Notes under the pieces: generated by a model
Database searches by the model: none
Seen by the model: the letters and a program-made list of their open reading frames with translations, nothing else
What the model was told of the DNA's origin: nothing
Origin: Nemertoderma westbladi
Lineage: Eukaryota > Animalia > Xenacoelomorpha
Reading direction: 5' to 3'
NCBI GenBank assembly: GCA_032718475.1
Contig: JAUCBJ010009117.1
Coordinates: 31,215 to 95,214, forward strand
Length of the DNA stretch: 64,000 nucleotides
Shown: in pieces, positions 12,499-25,446 of the stretch
Layout: each line of letters begins with the position of its first letter
How positions within the stretch are numbered: the first letter of the stretch is position 1
Translations under genes and position numbers: made by a program

Positions 12499-13795
12499 TA
12501 GCGGAACAGCCGTTGGAACGAGTGGGATACATAGCGGAACAGCCGTTGGAACGAGTGGGATACATAGCGGAACAGCCGTTGGAACGAGTGGGATACATAG
12601 CGGAACAGCCGTTGGAACGAGTGGGATACATAGCGGAACAGCCGTTGGAACGAGTGGGATACATAGCGGAACAGCCGTTGGAACGAGTGGGATACATAGC
12701 GGAACAGCCGTTGGAACGAGTGGGATACATAGCGGAACAGCCGTTGGAACGAGTGGGATACATAGCGCAACAGCCGTTGGAACGAGTGGGATACATAGAG
12801 GAACATCCGTTGGAACGAGTGGGATACATAGCGCAACAGCCGTTGGAACGAGTGGGATACATAGCGGAACAACCGTTGGAACGAGTGGGATACATAGCGG
12901 AACAGCCGTTGGAACGAGTGGGATACATAGCGGAACAGCCGTTGGAACGAGTGGGATACATAGCGGAACAGCCGTTGGAACGAGTGGGATACATAGCGGA
13001 ACAGCCGTTGGAACAAGTGGGATACATAGCGGAACAGCCGTTGGAACAAGTGGGATACATAGCGGAACAGCCGTTGGAACGAGTGGGATACATAGCGGAA
13101 CAGCCGTTGGAACGAGTGGGATACATAGCGGAACAGCCGTTGGAACGAGTGGGATACATAGCGGAACAGCCGTTGGAACGAGTGGGATACATAGCGGAAC
13201 AGCCGTTGGAACGAGTGGGATACATAGCGGAACAGCCGTTGGAACGAGTGGGATACATAGCGGAACAGCCGTTGGAACGAGTGGGATACATAGCGGAACA
13301 GCCGTTGGAACGAGTGGGATACATAGCGGAACAGCCGTTGGAACGAGTGGGATACATAGCGGAACAGCCGTTGGAACGAGTGGGATACATAGCGGAACAG
13401 CCGTTGGAACGAGTGGGATACATAGCGGAACAGCCGTTGGAACGAGTGGGATACATAGCGGAACAGCCGTTGGAACGAGTGGGATACATAGCGGAACAGC
13501 CGTTGGAACGAGTGGGATACATAGCGGAACAGCCGTGGGAACGAGTGGGATACATAGCGGAACAGCCGTTGGAACGAGTGGGATACATAGCGGAACAGCC
13601 GTTGGAACGAGTGGGATACATAGCGGAACAGCCGTTGGAACGAGTGGGATACATAGCGGAACAGCCGTTGGAACGAGTGGGATACATAGCGGAACAGCCG
13701 TTGGAACGAGTGGGATACATAGCGGAACAGCCGTTGGAACGAGTGGGATACATAGCGGAACAGCCGTTGGAACGAGTGGGATACATAGCGGAACA
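12499..13795 (+). repeat. 33-bp minisatellite (SGTAVGTSGIH), ~39 copies, in frame with the SWIM domain
   Basis: Unit agcggaacagccgttggaacgagtgggatacat, inside ORF 12437-14377. Confidence 0.97.
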
Positions 13796-14587
13796 TCGCT
13801 GGGACCGATTGAACAGGGTGAACTTATAACTTTATTTTTTGAGGAATTAGTAAGCCGATTAGAATTAACGCGGGCTGTTGCCAATGTTATTATTCGTGAA
13901 GGTAAACGTCTTTTGGACGATGGCATGGTGTTGGCAGAGACGGGCAGGGACGTAGCAATCAGGTCTCGCACTATTAACAAGATATACCTTGTACAACGTG
14001 CTGCATCAAAGTTTGGCGTTAAATTCGTATGCGAATGTACGGGATTTAAGGGAAACCGAGTATGCTCACACGTTCTCGCGGCTGGTCTATTCACAAACAA
14101 TATACAGGGGATGGTGAAAGAATTGTCGAAATCAAAGAATATAAAAAAAGGGAGCATTTCAAATGTCGCCATAGCAACATCGGGACCAGGTGCTGGTAAG
14201 AAACCAGGTGCCACAAGTAGGAGGAGAGGTGGAAGAGCACCATTGGTCGAAATGAATCCCCCAGCCAATGGAGAATGTACATTTATAGTTCGACCAGAAT
14301 CATCACGCGGACATCAACAAACGCAAAGAAGTGTGCGTCTTGTGAAATCCAATTTAAGACGGAGAGGGTACTTGTAAAATTTTGGGGAGAATCTAGTTTT
14401 TATCTCAATGGGCTAGCGAATACGAAACCTGCATTTAAATATGCCCATTTCAACAATCTTTGTATCCAGCGCTGCTACGAAGGAAGGGATAAGAAATATG
14501 TTACAATATCAGAATCAACCAAGGAGCTAATAACTAGTGTGGATGTGATGGCTCTACGAGATATAGGTGTTTTAGTAGAAGAGTGAA

Positions 14588-15233
14588 ATGTTATTCTAGA
14601 ACGTATCAGTCAAACTATTAGTGGATGTTTATTCTAGAACGTATCAGTCAAACTATTAGTGGATGTTTATTCTAGAACGTATCGGTCAAACTATTAGTGG
14701 ATGTTTATTCTAGAACGTATTAGTCAAACTATTAGTGGATGTTTATTCTAGAACGTATTAGTCAAACTATTAGTGGATGTTTATTCTAGAGCGTATTAGT
14801 CAAACTATTAGTGGATGTTTATTCTAGAACGTATCAGTCAAACTATTAGTGGATGTTTATTCTAGAACGTATCAGTCAAACTATTAGTGGATGTTTATTC
14901 TAGAACGTATCAGTCAAACTATTAGTGGATGTTTATTCTAGAACGTATCGGTCAAACTATTAGTGGATGTTTATTCTAGAACGCATTAGTCAAACTATTA
15001 GTGGATGTTTATTCTAGAACGTATCAGTCAAACTATTAGTGGATGTTTATTCTAGAACGTATCAGTCAAACTATTAGTGGATGTTTATTCTAGAACGTAT
15101 CGGTCAAACTATTAGTGGATGTTTATTCTAGAACGTATCGGTCAAACTATTAGTGGATGTTTATTCTAGAATGTATCAGTCAAACTATTATTGGATGTTT
15201 ATTCTAGAACGTATTAGTCAAACTATTAGTGGA
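14588..15233 (+). repeat. 38-bp minisatellite, ~17 copies, directly after the MULE stop codon
   Basis: Unit tgtttattctagaacgtatcagtcaaactattagtgga. Confidence 0.95.
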
Positions 15234-16588
15234 CTAGTATTGCATATTAAATAACGTGTAAGATATTTTCACTATGCTCTCGATTCTTTATTAACCTCAC
15301 TCTGCGCTCGGTAAATAAAATACCGAGTATAGTACAGTAGCCAAAATAATATTCTACATTATTTTAGCATGCAATAAATAATTATTACTTTTACCGCATT
15401 GCAAAGGCTAATGATACTAAATATGAAAATACTGTAGCTAGGTAATCGAATCCCCCCACATATTAGTTGGCAAGGGTAATCCAATATGCATCACGATCGA
15501 TGTGAGTACTAAATCACTAAATCAGTGACTTTAATTTTTAGCGTTTTTACCGTATGTTTGACTTGAATTTTACTTATTTTATTTTAGAACAGCACTCATG
15601 TTCAGTTCACGGTGATAATAACTCTACAGTATATCCATTTTATATAACAGTGTGTCAATTTTATAATTTTTACCGTATATATGTATAACTTTAATTTTAT
15701 TTCTTTGTTACCGTTACCATGTGTTACTGTAAGGAGTAGCGCCAAGAACAATGCGTATTGGCGCTATAAAAATACTTTTAATAATAATAATAATAATTAA
15801 TAATAATAATTAATAATAATAATAATAAGTTTGCTAAATGTTTCCTAAGATTTATTTTCTTAACCGTGGAGAAAAACCTGCGCTGTGTTTCGATTTTTTT
15901 ATTCGCTGGTGTATTTGATTTTTTAGCATCGCCAACCTTAAGAAACCTTAACAAATTATACGTTTATTTTATTACATTTAGCATCTTTTCAGCTTACCGG
16001 TACTTTTAAAACCATTTTTAAGTTATTTCAACCATTTGAAGCAAAGATAGCTTGCTTTGAATGCAGCAAAGTCGGCCTTTAAGTTAAATGGTTACGCATA
16101 AACGTCACGTGTGTAATGATCACACAATCAGCTATATCTTAATATTAAATGGATTATATACTGTAGGCTGAAGTTATGTTTTTTTAGAAAAGCCATAGCA
16201 AAGGTTTGCTAAATAATCCCATTAATAAGAGTTACTGTATACGACGTGCCTTTACATCTAACAGCCTGTAAAATCTGTATTTCATGTGTGTAATTAATGT
16301 CATGTGTGTAATCCATTACACACATGTCACGTCACGTGTGTAATGGAAAATTTTTAGAATTACTTTCAGTCTGCAGTGTACTGTATTACTGTAGTTTCAG
16401 TCTGCATTACAGTACTATTAGGCCACATCAGTACTGAATTTATGAACGCTGTAAGCTGGTAAGTGCGTAATAAATAAGGAGTGATCTCCTCTGAATAAGG
16501 AGGACTAACAGTTTATTTAAATAGCTGGAAATTTGTAAAGCTTATTTTAACCTTTGGTGACAATCTGGGGGGGAGGGGTCCATTTACA

Positions 16589-16749
16589 TTACTACTACTA
16601 CTGTAGGATAAGCACGCTTCATTGCAGGTGCATTTTAAGAATGCTGTGCCGGCTTGTCCACAAAATAACCCCACCACATCTCCCTATCACCCACGACATT
16701 TGCTAGATCATCCGCATCTTCAGGGCCAGTGTCCTTTGAGATGCGTCTC
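16589..16749 (-). mobile_element. Inverted RTE LINE 3' end with (TAG)n tail
   Basis: Its reverse complement matches the RTE 3' end at 54540-54693 and 18885-19010. The ttactactacta tail points left. Confidence 0.85.
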
Positions 16750-19010
16750 TGCCTTTGTGATCACCGCCTTATTGTGGCCAAGGTAAGACTTAGTCTGCGT
16801 GCTAACAGAACAACGAAATCTGCCTTGCAGCGGCATGACTGGTCCTCTCTGTTGCAACAGCCAAGTGTGAGATTCAGCTTCACACTACAGCTGAGCAACA
16901 GGTATGAGGTTCTTGCCTCTGAGGCGACAGATCACTGTGAGGGCTATACTGCCTTCACAGAAGCAGTTAAGTTAGCAGCTGCAGAAACAGTTCCTGTATA
17001 CCCTCGAAACAGGAAAAGGGCCCCCTGGACTGACAACAAAATTCTAAAGTGCCGAAATGACCTCTATAAGGCGCAGAAAGAGTCCCGACTCAAACAGACT
17101 ACAGCGGCCAAGAATGCAGTTAAGGCTGCATCTAGGTCACTGAACAGGCACTACTCTGTTAATCTACAGGAGCTAATAAACCAACAGGTTAATGCCATCA
17201 ATGATGCTGACGACAGCAGGCAATCATCCCAGGCATGGAAATCGATCAACTTGCTTACTGGGCGGAAAAGCCAACCAACCACCAAGGTTAAGGCTGAATC
17301 ACCAGCCGATCACCTCATGGTTGGAAGGCCCACTTTGAAAAGCTCCTCAATAATGACAGGGTATTGCCTGATAACTTTATAGAAGTAAAAGTGTCTGAGT
17401 CTGTACTCCCATATATTCCCATTGGCGATATCTCCTTTGCAGAAGTGAAGGCTGCTGCAAAGAGCATTAAGACCAATCGTGCCAGTGGAGTAGATGGTGT
17501 TCCCCCTGAGGTCTTTAAAATACCTGAGTGTTTAAAGCTCATCTATCCCATCATACATTAGTTAGACATGTACCGAACAACAAGAGTCCCACAAGAAATG
17601 AAAACAAATAAGTTGGTGCCAGTTCCCAAGAAGGGCAACCTAACACTCTATGATTCTTTTCGGTGAATCTCATTGATCTCTGTTGCTGCAAAGCTATACA
17701 ATAGAGTCCTATTAAATCGCATCAGGGATCCCATTGGGAGACTGCTCCGTGGAAATCAGAATGGGTTCCGTAAAGGTCGTGGGGCCTAGGAGCCCATTTT
17801 GGCACTTAGAAGGATAATTGAAGAGTTATCAAAAAAAAATGACAGGCATCTGGCTGTTATCTTTGTTGACTTATCCAAGGCCTTTGATTCAGTCTCTCGC
17901 TCACGTATCTTCAGCATACTTTCATTATATGGGATTCCTGATGAAATTATTGCAGCAATCAGATCAGTATACGATGGTTCGACAACATTTGTGTCTACTG
18001 TTGACGGTGACACAGAACCATTTGAAGTGTTATGGGGTGTCCTCCAGGGATTCACACTTGCACCATTCTTGTTCATAATGGTGGTTGACTATGTTCTACG
18101 CATGTCCTTAGATCATCATAATGATGATGGGGTGATGATAACTCCACCTACTGGCTCCAGAAGTCGAGGAAATCCTGCCAAGTACCTAACTGATCTAGAC
18201 TTTGCTGATGACTTAGGAGTACTCTCAGAATCACTAGAGGGAACCCGACGGCTCTTCAGTTCATTAGAACATGCTGCTTCTACTGTAGTGTTGGTCTTTA
18301 TATTAACTCCAGAAAGACGATAAAATTTTGACAGTTAACTTTGGAAGTCCTCAGCAAGTCTCTGATCGGATGAGCATAAGCTTAAAGGATGGTATGCTTG
18401 AGCATGTGGTCGACTTCTGTTACCTGGGATCATGGATCCGGAAGTCAGGCAAGGACCTTCGAATACGTAAGGGAAAGGCATGGGCAGCCTTGAAAAGGCT
18501 TTCCAGAATTTGGAAGTCACAGAGAATTAATCGGAAACTTAAAGTCCGATTATTTAGAGCAGCAATAGTCCCAGTACTCCTCTATGGGAGTCCATTTTGC
18601 TGGGCTGTAACTGCCGAGGACAGACACCAAATCTCTGGATGGTACTTTTATAAGAATGCTACGTCGGGGTCACTGTGTCAAGTATAATGCACACACATCT
18701 CCAACCAGACACTATATAACATTGGAGGTGTCTCATAGGTTCCCCAAGCTTGATATTTGAACAAAGCCGCCTCCGCTTTGCAGGAGATTGTTTTCGCAGT
18801 GAGGACCAGCCTGTGTAGTGCACAATCTTGTGCTTTGGCAGCCCCATGGAGAAAATAAGCATGGTGGACAGCCCATGACTTTTGTGAGACGCCTCTTAAA
18901 GGACACTGGTTTTGTAGATGCGAATAGTCTCGCGAAATTCATGGGGGATAGGGAGTTGTGGCGGTGAATCTTTGTTGATAAGCCGGCATAGCATTCTTAA
19001 TGCACCCTGC
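16750..19010 (+). mobile_element. 5'-truncated RTE-clade LINE, degenerate EN-RT ORF
   Basis: DHRLIVAKVRL (end of the APE endonuclease), KKGNL, NQNGFRKGR, FVDLSKAFDSV, GVLQG..LAPFLF, DLDFADDL, DFCYLGSWI, LFRAAIVPVLLYG; several stops and frameshifts. Confidence 0.93.
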
Positions 19011-19227
19011 ATTGGGCTTGTCAATTGTGGATTGCATGGTGGTAGCAAAATATTTTTGTTAAGCCAGCATCTCAATGACCAGTTTCAATGCAGCAGGCCG
19101 ATTATAGAGTTTAGCTGGAGATGTTCAATCAGTAGTGAGTGTGAAGATGTTCATGGTGAAGCAATGACAAATCGAGATTTATCTGTTTTAGAAGTCTACA
19201 ATAACAATATCAGAGATGATGACTTCA

Positions 19228-19432
19228 GCTTTCGCCGTGAGGACCAGCCAGTGCATAATAGTGTGCTTTGGCGAATAAATAAACATGGTGGACAGCCCAT
19301 GCCTTTCTTGGGACGCCTGTTAAAGGCGATCTAAACACTGGCCTTGAAGATGCGAATGATCTAGCAAATGTCATGGGTGGTAGGGAGATGTGACAGCGCA
19401 ATTTGGTTGTCAAGCCGGCAAAGCATTATTAA
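19228..19432 (+). mobile_element. Additional RTE 3'-end fragment
   Basis: FRREDQPVH..VLW..KHGGQP; a paralogue of 18790-18998. Confidence 0.85.
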
Positions 19433-22400
19433 TATATATGTAATACATAATAATTAATTAGTAATTATAAAAATAATGGTAATATTACAGTGTTTCTAAT
19501 ATAAGAGCTTTGCTTTATTGGACCCTTAGACCCACTAATAAGTCATTTAATGGGCCAGACACAGACTGTATCTGATAAAACCCCACATGCTAAAGATACA
19601 GTAACTGTTCGCGCTTTTGAAGACCTTTAGCAGTTTAACCTGCCAAAATTTATATGTCTTTTAGTTAATTAACACACCTTTAGCATACGACAATATTTTA
19701 TGCTAATAAACAAAACATTAACCGAAGCCAGCCCATGCGCGATCATTCACCCGATGGATACACCCGGGAGGCTGAATTCGGCTGCTTAAATTTTATTATT
19801 GCAGTGTAAGGTTGCAGTGTAAACCTACTGTATTATTCGATTGATCGTTAATAATTAATTTCTGACAGATATTATTGGCTTTCGGGAAATATTAACAGTT
19901 CCTTTAGGACGTGGCGCTCTATCTATTTAAACAGAGCTAGGACTTATACTAAACGCAACGATACTGCTTATGATTAAAGTATAAGGCGCATTCTTTAGGA
20001 AATGCTTTGTTACCAATCACAATCATGCACACTATTCTGCCGACCGTCAGTAAATTTGATCACACATAAAGAGAGCAGCAATTGACTCATGTAGGGTCTG
20101 CTAAATAACATTAGATTCAATACACACCACATTGATATAAATCGCAATTGTTATATATAGCCTGTCTCTCTAACCTGTAGTGTATCAAGAAAATTGGGAA
20201 TTTTGGGTGATTTATCCGTATTCTCCAAAGGGCAATATTTCATCAACAAATAGATACAATTAACAACTGACGGTAAATAACAGTACAAACAATATGATTA
20301 GTGCAGTTAAATTAAGTGAGTGAGACTAGTTGATTAGCTGATTAGATAACAGTTATACTTTCGATAATTTAAGCAGTTTTACTAGAGTTCTTCCCAAAAG
20401 CCGGTGGTCTGGCGAAAAATGGGAACACAACAACAGAATCATATAAAGAATCATATGACTACCTGACTATACGAGGATACCAACTACCCTTATTCCCCGA
20501 AGCTCCCGTCCAACACAGAGGATGAGCATACAGATAGGAAATTCAGTTCAGTAGCTCTGGGATAGGTCAAAATCAACGCCCACTCAAATTCTATTGGCCG
20601 ATACGGACAGCAGGGCTGAGGCAACCTCCCTAAGCTGGTTGGTCGATTAAACGGAGCCCAGATACCTTCATACATCACATCAGCCAATAAGCTGGTAGCT
20701 TGCACTATTTTAGCTATAGATCCCTTTTAGAGTATTCTAGCGACCGGGGGGGGAACTGGCCAGCAAGGCAAACGAATCAGTTATCCCACAAAAGCTTTTA
20801 CAGTAACCCCCTTTAATTGTATGTTCTAACCTAACTATTTTGTTTCACAATCTTGCAAAACAACAGATATCAAATTAAATGGTCTAAAACTCTACCTCTA
20901 AAAAATATGTGCCCAAACATATACGCTATTTTAGATTATATTTAGTCCAAAATTAGATCGCATTACTCAAGATTTCTTAAAATATTCAGTTTTTTTCGTT
21001 TTTCTCAAAACTACAAAAATCGACTTAGGGGGTTTTGTCGAATTAGTATGTCCATTAACTTTGTTCGAATTATCTGCATTGCCATTCCCACAACAGAAGT
21101 TCGTCGTTAAGGCTGTGGTGACCCTCCTGTGCATCAATACCGTTTTCATTACCACCGCAATCCCACAGCGCCAGTTTAGTTTGTACTGTAGCTTTATTAG
21201 TTTGGAATTTTGGTGCGTGGTATATGTCAGTATGTAGACATCTGTAGGTATCTGGATCGTTCCTCAATAGTCAGAGTCACTGTCTCTCCTTTGTAAATTT
21301 ATTGTTCAAATCATCAATTATTCTAGAACGACCGGCAACCAGTGTCCAGTACCATCCTACAGTCCTATATCAGCACATCTAGGCATGCTGTGCTGGCATG
21401 CAGTACCGGTAGGTACATCAATTCGGGTTTTACTTAATTAATTAATGAAGCATTATTAAGTCAAATACTGCTGTACTGAAATATTTTCTTTCCGTTTTTC
21501 TATCGTTTTACAATCTTTGTAAATTGTATTTCCAGATCTTTTCACCACACCGTTCATCTGTCAGTCTGTTCATGCCGTTGGGAATAACAGAATAAGTCAG
21601 TAAGTCCGATATAACTCCGTACTTCCCCGTTCAGCCGTTTGGTTCCGTTTTGGTACACGGTACCGTATATATCAGGCCTACATCGTACACGGTCCTACGA
21701 ATTATACCCCAAAAAAAAAAAAAATTACCCAAAAATACACAAAAAAATACAAAAAAAAACAAAAAATTTACAAAAAAAACACAATAACATACAAAAAAAC
21801 ACAATATTACCCAAAAAAACTTATCCAAAAAGACAAAAATAATATATATCCTATAAAATGGTATAAACTGATAAGTTATGCCTATCAGCCTATACAGCTA
21901 TAGCAGTAGGCCCTACAGCCCTATAGGCTGATAGGGGAATACTGGAATTTTTTATTACAGTATTATGCAGTTTGGGGTACGCACACGGCCATTGGATTTT
22001 TCTGTTTTTATACCGGTACTGTCTGACTGTATGAAACTCAATGGTTAGGCTGTTAGGTTACAGTCTCACAGTAGTCAGGCTGTCACGTCAGGTAGTGGCG
22101 GCCTCAAGCTGTCAAGGGCCCCAACCCTAATTAAAACTGTCATGTAACCCTAACCAGGAACCAGCTAACCCGAAGTCATAGGCCTACAGGCCTAATCTAA
22201 GAAATTTAGCGGAATTTCTGACATTATTGCCATTAACGGCCCTTGCCTTAGGCCATTACACATTCAGACATTAGGCCTGACTGCGTGACAGCCTGACCAA
22301 CTAACTGACTAACCCTAACCAAAATAATAAACCAAACCATCTTTACAAGAATAAATGGTTATGATAGGCCTATGCAGCTATGACCAATGACTGTATGACT

Positions 22401-22649
22401 GTATGACAGTGTACCGGTAACTGTCTGACTAAAGGTCTGACTAAAGGCAGAAAGGTGGTTTGCAACAGTACTGCAGTACACAGGTCAGCAGGTCGTACAA
22501 GTAAGAAAAAGTGTCGGTTCCGGAAACTGCATTGAGCCGCCTATCTGCCTATAGGCATAGGCCTAGGGCTGCTGTGTACTGGTGTAGGGTTCCTATGTCT
22601 GTATGTGTTTTGGTAGTGTGATTTAGTATTTCAGTAGCCTAGGGTTCCC

Positions 22650-22869
22650 TATCCCGATCGGGATATATGAATATATCCCGATCGGGATATATTCAACCTT
22701 TCCAAAAAGCGACCTAAACTATAAAAAAGCGACCCAAATGGCGCCATCCAGCAGATAGATCAGAAAAAATGGGTTATATTCGTTTGTGCCCCGCAAAGTG
22801 GTGTTAGGGCTTTCAAAAGATATTGCAGAGTGAAAATCATATATTTTGTAAATATCCCGATCGGGATAT
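22650..22869. repeat. Three perfect atcccgatcgggat palindromes
   Basis: At 22650-22665, 22669-22694 (26 bp perfect) and 22852-22869. Confidence 0.8.
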
Positions 22870-22986
22870 ATTGTGGTAGGCTAATCATGAGACATGAGAT
22901 GATTGTATTTTTTTGTATAATGTATAAGTGTACCATTACTGCATTACTGGATTAGGGGGGCAGCTGGGTAGAGGGTGTGTGTCACT

Positions 22987-23707
22987 GGTGACAGACCGAA
23001 CGTAATCAGGATCGAATGTAACATAGTTTTTACGAATCGAACCTAACCTCAATTATGTTACATTGGATCCTATAACTATGTTACATTCGATCTACAAATT
23101 ACTAAGCTCGAATGTAACATACATTTATTTCAGTTGTGTTTTGATTTCAGGAGTTAGGCCTAACCGATGAAATGCTTCGTTTATTTACAGGAAGAAACAG
23201 TTTGGTGTTGGTGAGTACAAAACAAAGACCCAAGACACAATTAAGTGACCTGCAATCTTGTAACATGTGTTAACTTTCGTTTATTGTTTTGGTTCCCCCA
23301 ACACGCCTCTATAACCTGCTCCTTTCAGTCTTTAAATAAATGTAACCTGCATAATCTTGTAACATCTGTTAACTTTCGTTTATTGTTTTGGTTAAGTTAA
23401 CTTAACTTAAGTTAACTTAACTTAACCAAAACAATAAACGAAAGTTAACAGATGTTACAAGATTATGCAGGTTACATTTATTTAAAGACTGAAAGGAGCA
23501 GGTTATAGAGTATATTGTTTTGGTTCCCCCAACACGCCTCTGTAACCTGCTCCTTTAAATTTGTAAATGGCAATGTTACATTCGAGCTTAGTAATTTGTA
23601 GATCGAATGTAACATAGTTATAGGATCCAATGTAACATAATTGCAGTTACGTTCGATACGAAATAACTATGTTACATTCGATCCTGATTACGTTCGGTCA
23701 CGTATCC
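22987..23707. mobile_element. Mutator-like MITE, ~135-bp TIRs, 10-bp TSD
   Basis: TSD gtgtgtcact at 22977-22986 and 23708-23717; GG...CC termini; ~22995-23120 is inverted with ~23573-23699. Confidence 0.85.
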
Positions 23708-23818
23708 GTGTGTCACTACAACCAGAACCAGACTACAAACAGACATACAGACAATACTGCAGTTTAGTGTGTAGTACTGGTACTGTATCTGCCTACTGGC
23801 CTACCAGTCTACGTAGCC

Positions 23819-24418
23819 GGGTGCTGGTCACCTCGCCGCACTGCCACTTCGCCGCAAGTCATCTCGCCGCAGATAATGTGCGGCGAGGTGTCTTGCGGCG
23901 AGGTGTCTCACTGTGAATGCCATTTCGCCGCAAATTTTCAGACACCTCGCCACAAGTCAATATTAATTATTTATTTCTATATTTACAGGGAAGCCTATAC
24001 TAAGACTATACAAAATGTTTTATTTGAACTACTGAACTAGTACAATATATTGTACTGCAGTCAACGCAACAATTAAACTATGGGACCCTCCCCTCCCCTT
24101 CCCTCCACCTCCCCTCTCCTCCCCATAGTAATATGTGAACAGACCCTTAGAGTTGCAATTAAGGACTGTGATCAGTTAACATAAACATACAGTACCGGTA
24201 TTAACCTTATTCTGTTATTACATTATGTTACTTTACTTCAGTACAGTTTCCGTTCTTAGAAATAAATGATTAATATTGACTTGCGGCGAGGTGTCCGATA
24301 ATTTGCGGCGAAATGGCATTCACAGTGAGACACCTCGCTGCAAAGACACCTTGCCGCACATTATCTGCGGCGAGGTGACCTGCGGCGAAGTGGCAGTGCG
24401 GCGAGGTGACCAGCACCC
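23819..24418. mobile_element. Mutator-like MITE, 600 bp, ~150-bp TIRs, 9-bp TSD
   Basis: TSD tacgtagcc at 23810-23818 and 24419-24427; termini gggtgctggtcacctcgccgca...tgcggcgaggtgaccagcaccc; TIRs built of tcgccgca motifs. Confidence 0.92.
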
Positions 24419-24494
24419 TACGTAGCCCTACTATGAAATTTCAACAGTTTGTTACAGTATCCCATATACTGATATAGGGATAGGCTACAGCGCG

Positions 24495-24832
24495 AAGGTC
24501 TCTTAAACGTTTCAACAGATTGTTTCAGTATCCAACACACTGCATGAAGGTCTCTTAAACGTTTCAATATATTGTTTTAGTATCCAATGTGCTGCACAAA
24601 GGTCTCTTAAACGTTTCAACAGATTGTTTCAGTATCCAACGTGCTGCATGAAGGTATCTTAAACGTTTCAATAAATTGTTTCAGTATCCAAAGTGCTGGA
24701 CAATGGTATCTCTTAAACGTTTCAATAGATTGTTTCTTCATCAATAGATTGTTTCAGTATCCAATGTGCTGCACAAAGGTCTCTTAAACGTTTCAACAGA
24801 TTGTTTCAGTATCCAACGTGCTGCATGAAGGT
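24495..24832 (+). repeat. 52-bp tandem repeat, ~6 copies
   Basis: Unit aaggtctcttaaacgtttcaacagattgtttcagtatccaacgtgctgcatg. Confidence 0.9.
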
Positions 24833-25446
24833 AGTAGCAGAGTAGATGCATAGTTCTCACTACAAAGGGCGGTACAGCGGGACATTACAGCCATCTACAT
24901 GAACGCGGCGTTTCCGCGTGTATGAGGTTGGCAACCAAATTAAACTTTAGTTTCATTTCCATGGCAACAGCGGCCCGTATGTGGAAGCTAGTCATCCTCC
25001 CCGCAACAACCTATGGCTGCTGCGTCTACGGCGTTGACGCAGTGAGCGCACAGGCACTCACCCACGTTGAAACGGTAAGGGCGTTCTATTGGAAGCTGTG
25101 GTGCGGCGTGAGCAAATACGCGTCCACCACAGCCGTATTAAACGCCGTTGACAACGCACAGACAGCGAGCGACTCATCTCTCTCGCTCGGATCACTTGTG
25201 GGATTGCGGCGCCGCGCGGCAGCCCAGTTCTTATCAAACGGGTCGCACCACAAACTGTGCCGTGTGAGAAACTGCTGGAAGGCGGCGGCGCCTTCTTGCA
25301 TTTGTCTGTTCTGCGACTCCGTGGCAATGGAGAAGGACCACGCCCTCAGCTGCACCGGACTCCCAGCAGCAACACCAATTTTAAAGCGAGCTGTGTTCCT
25401 CTACACCACAAGCCGTATAGATTCACAATTTAATAGAACCCCCTAA
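24833..25446 (+). mobile_element. 5'-truncated non-LTR retrotransposon (RTEX-like) ORF C-terminus
   Basis: MWKLVILPATTYGCCVYG (resembles LF...V.P.L.YG.EVWG), VETVRAFYWK..CGVSKYAST, and a terminal C.FC......DH.L.C zinc knuckle. GC-rich island with an abrupt 5' junction. Confidence 0.65.

Larger units (their letters stand above)
9892..14586 (+). mobile_element. Inactivated Mutator (MULE) DDE transposase gene with SWIM and C-terminal Cys/His zinc fingers
   Basis: Motifs across frameshifted ORFs: TDRQV..A..FC...ALGVDAVFN (first D); SSDGETAIINAVSQLFP..VQIRGLEH (second D and CxxH-like, ~11378-11460); YNQAVKSMNKVIK (third-acid region, E replaced by K); SWIM CECTGFKGNRVCSH (~14030-14072); CASC...YAHFNNLC. 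A phase-2 GT-AG intron at 10696-10799 joins an upstream exon in frame. TIRs not identified. Confidence 0.75.

Noticed and set aside
12371-14268. Long ORFs in alternative frames and on the minus strand across the 33-bp array
   Set aside because: They arise because the unit lacks stop codons in those frames. Only the + frame 12437-14377 continues into a recognisable (SWIM) domain.
21070-21267. KLALWDCGG, resembling a small-GTPase/Roc G3 motif
   Set aside because: No P-loop or G4 motif nearby, stops on both sides and no clear splice sites; a single short motif is not enough.
21631-21842. Lys-rich and Phe-rich ORFs
   Set aside because: An A-rich low-complexity tract.
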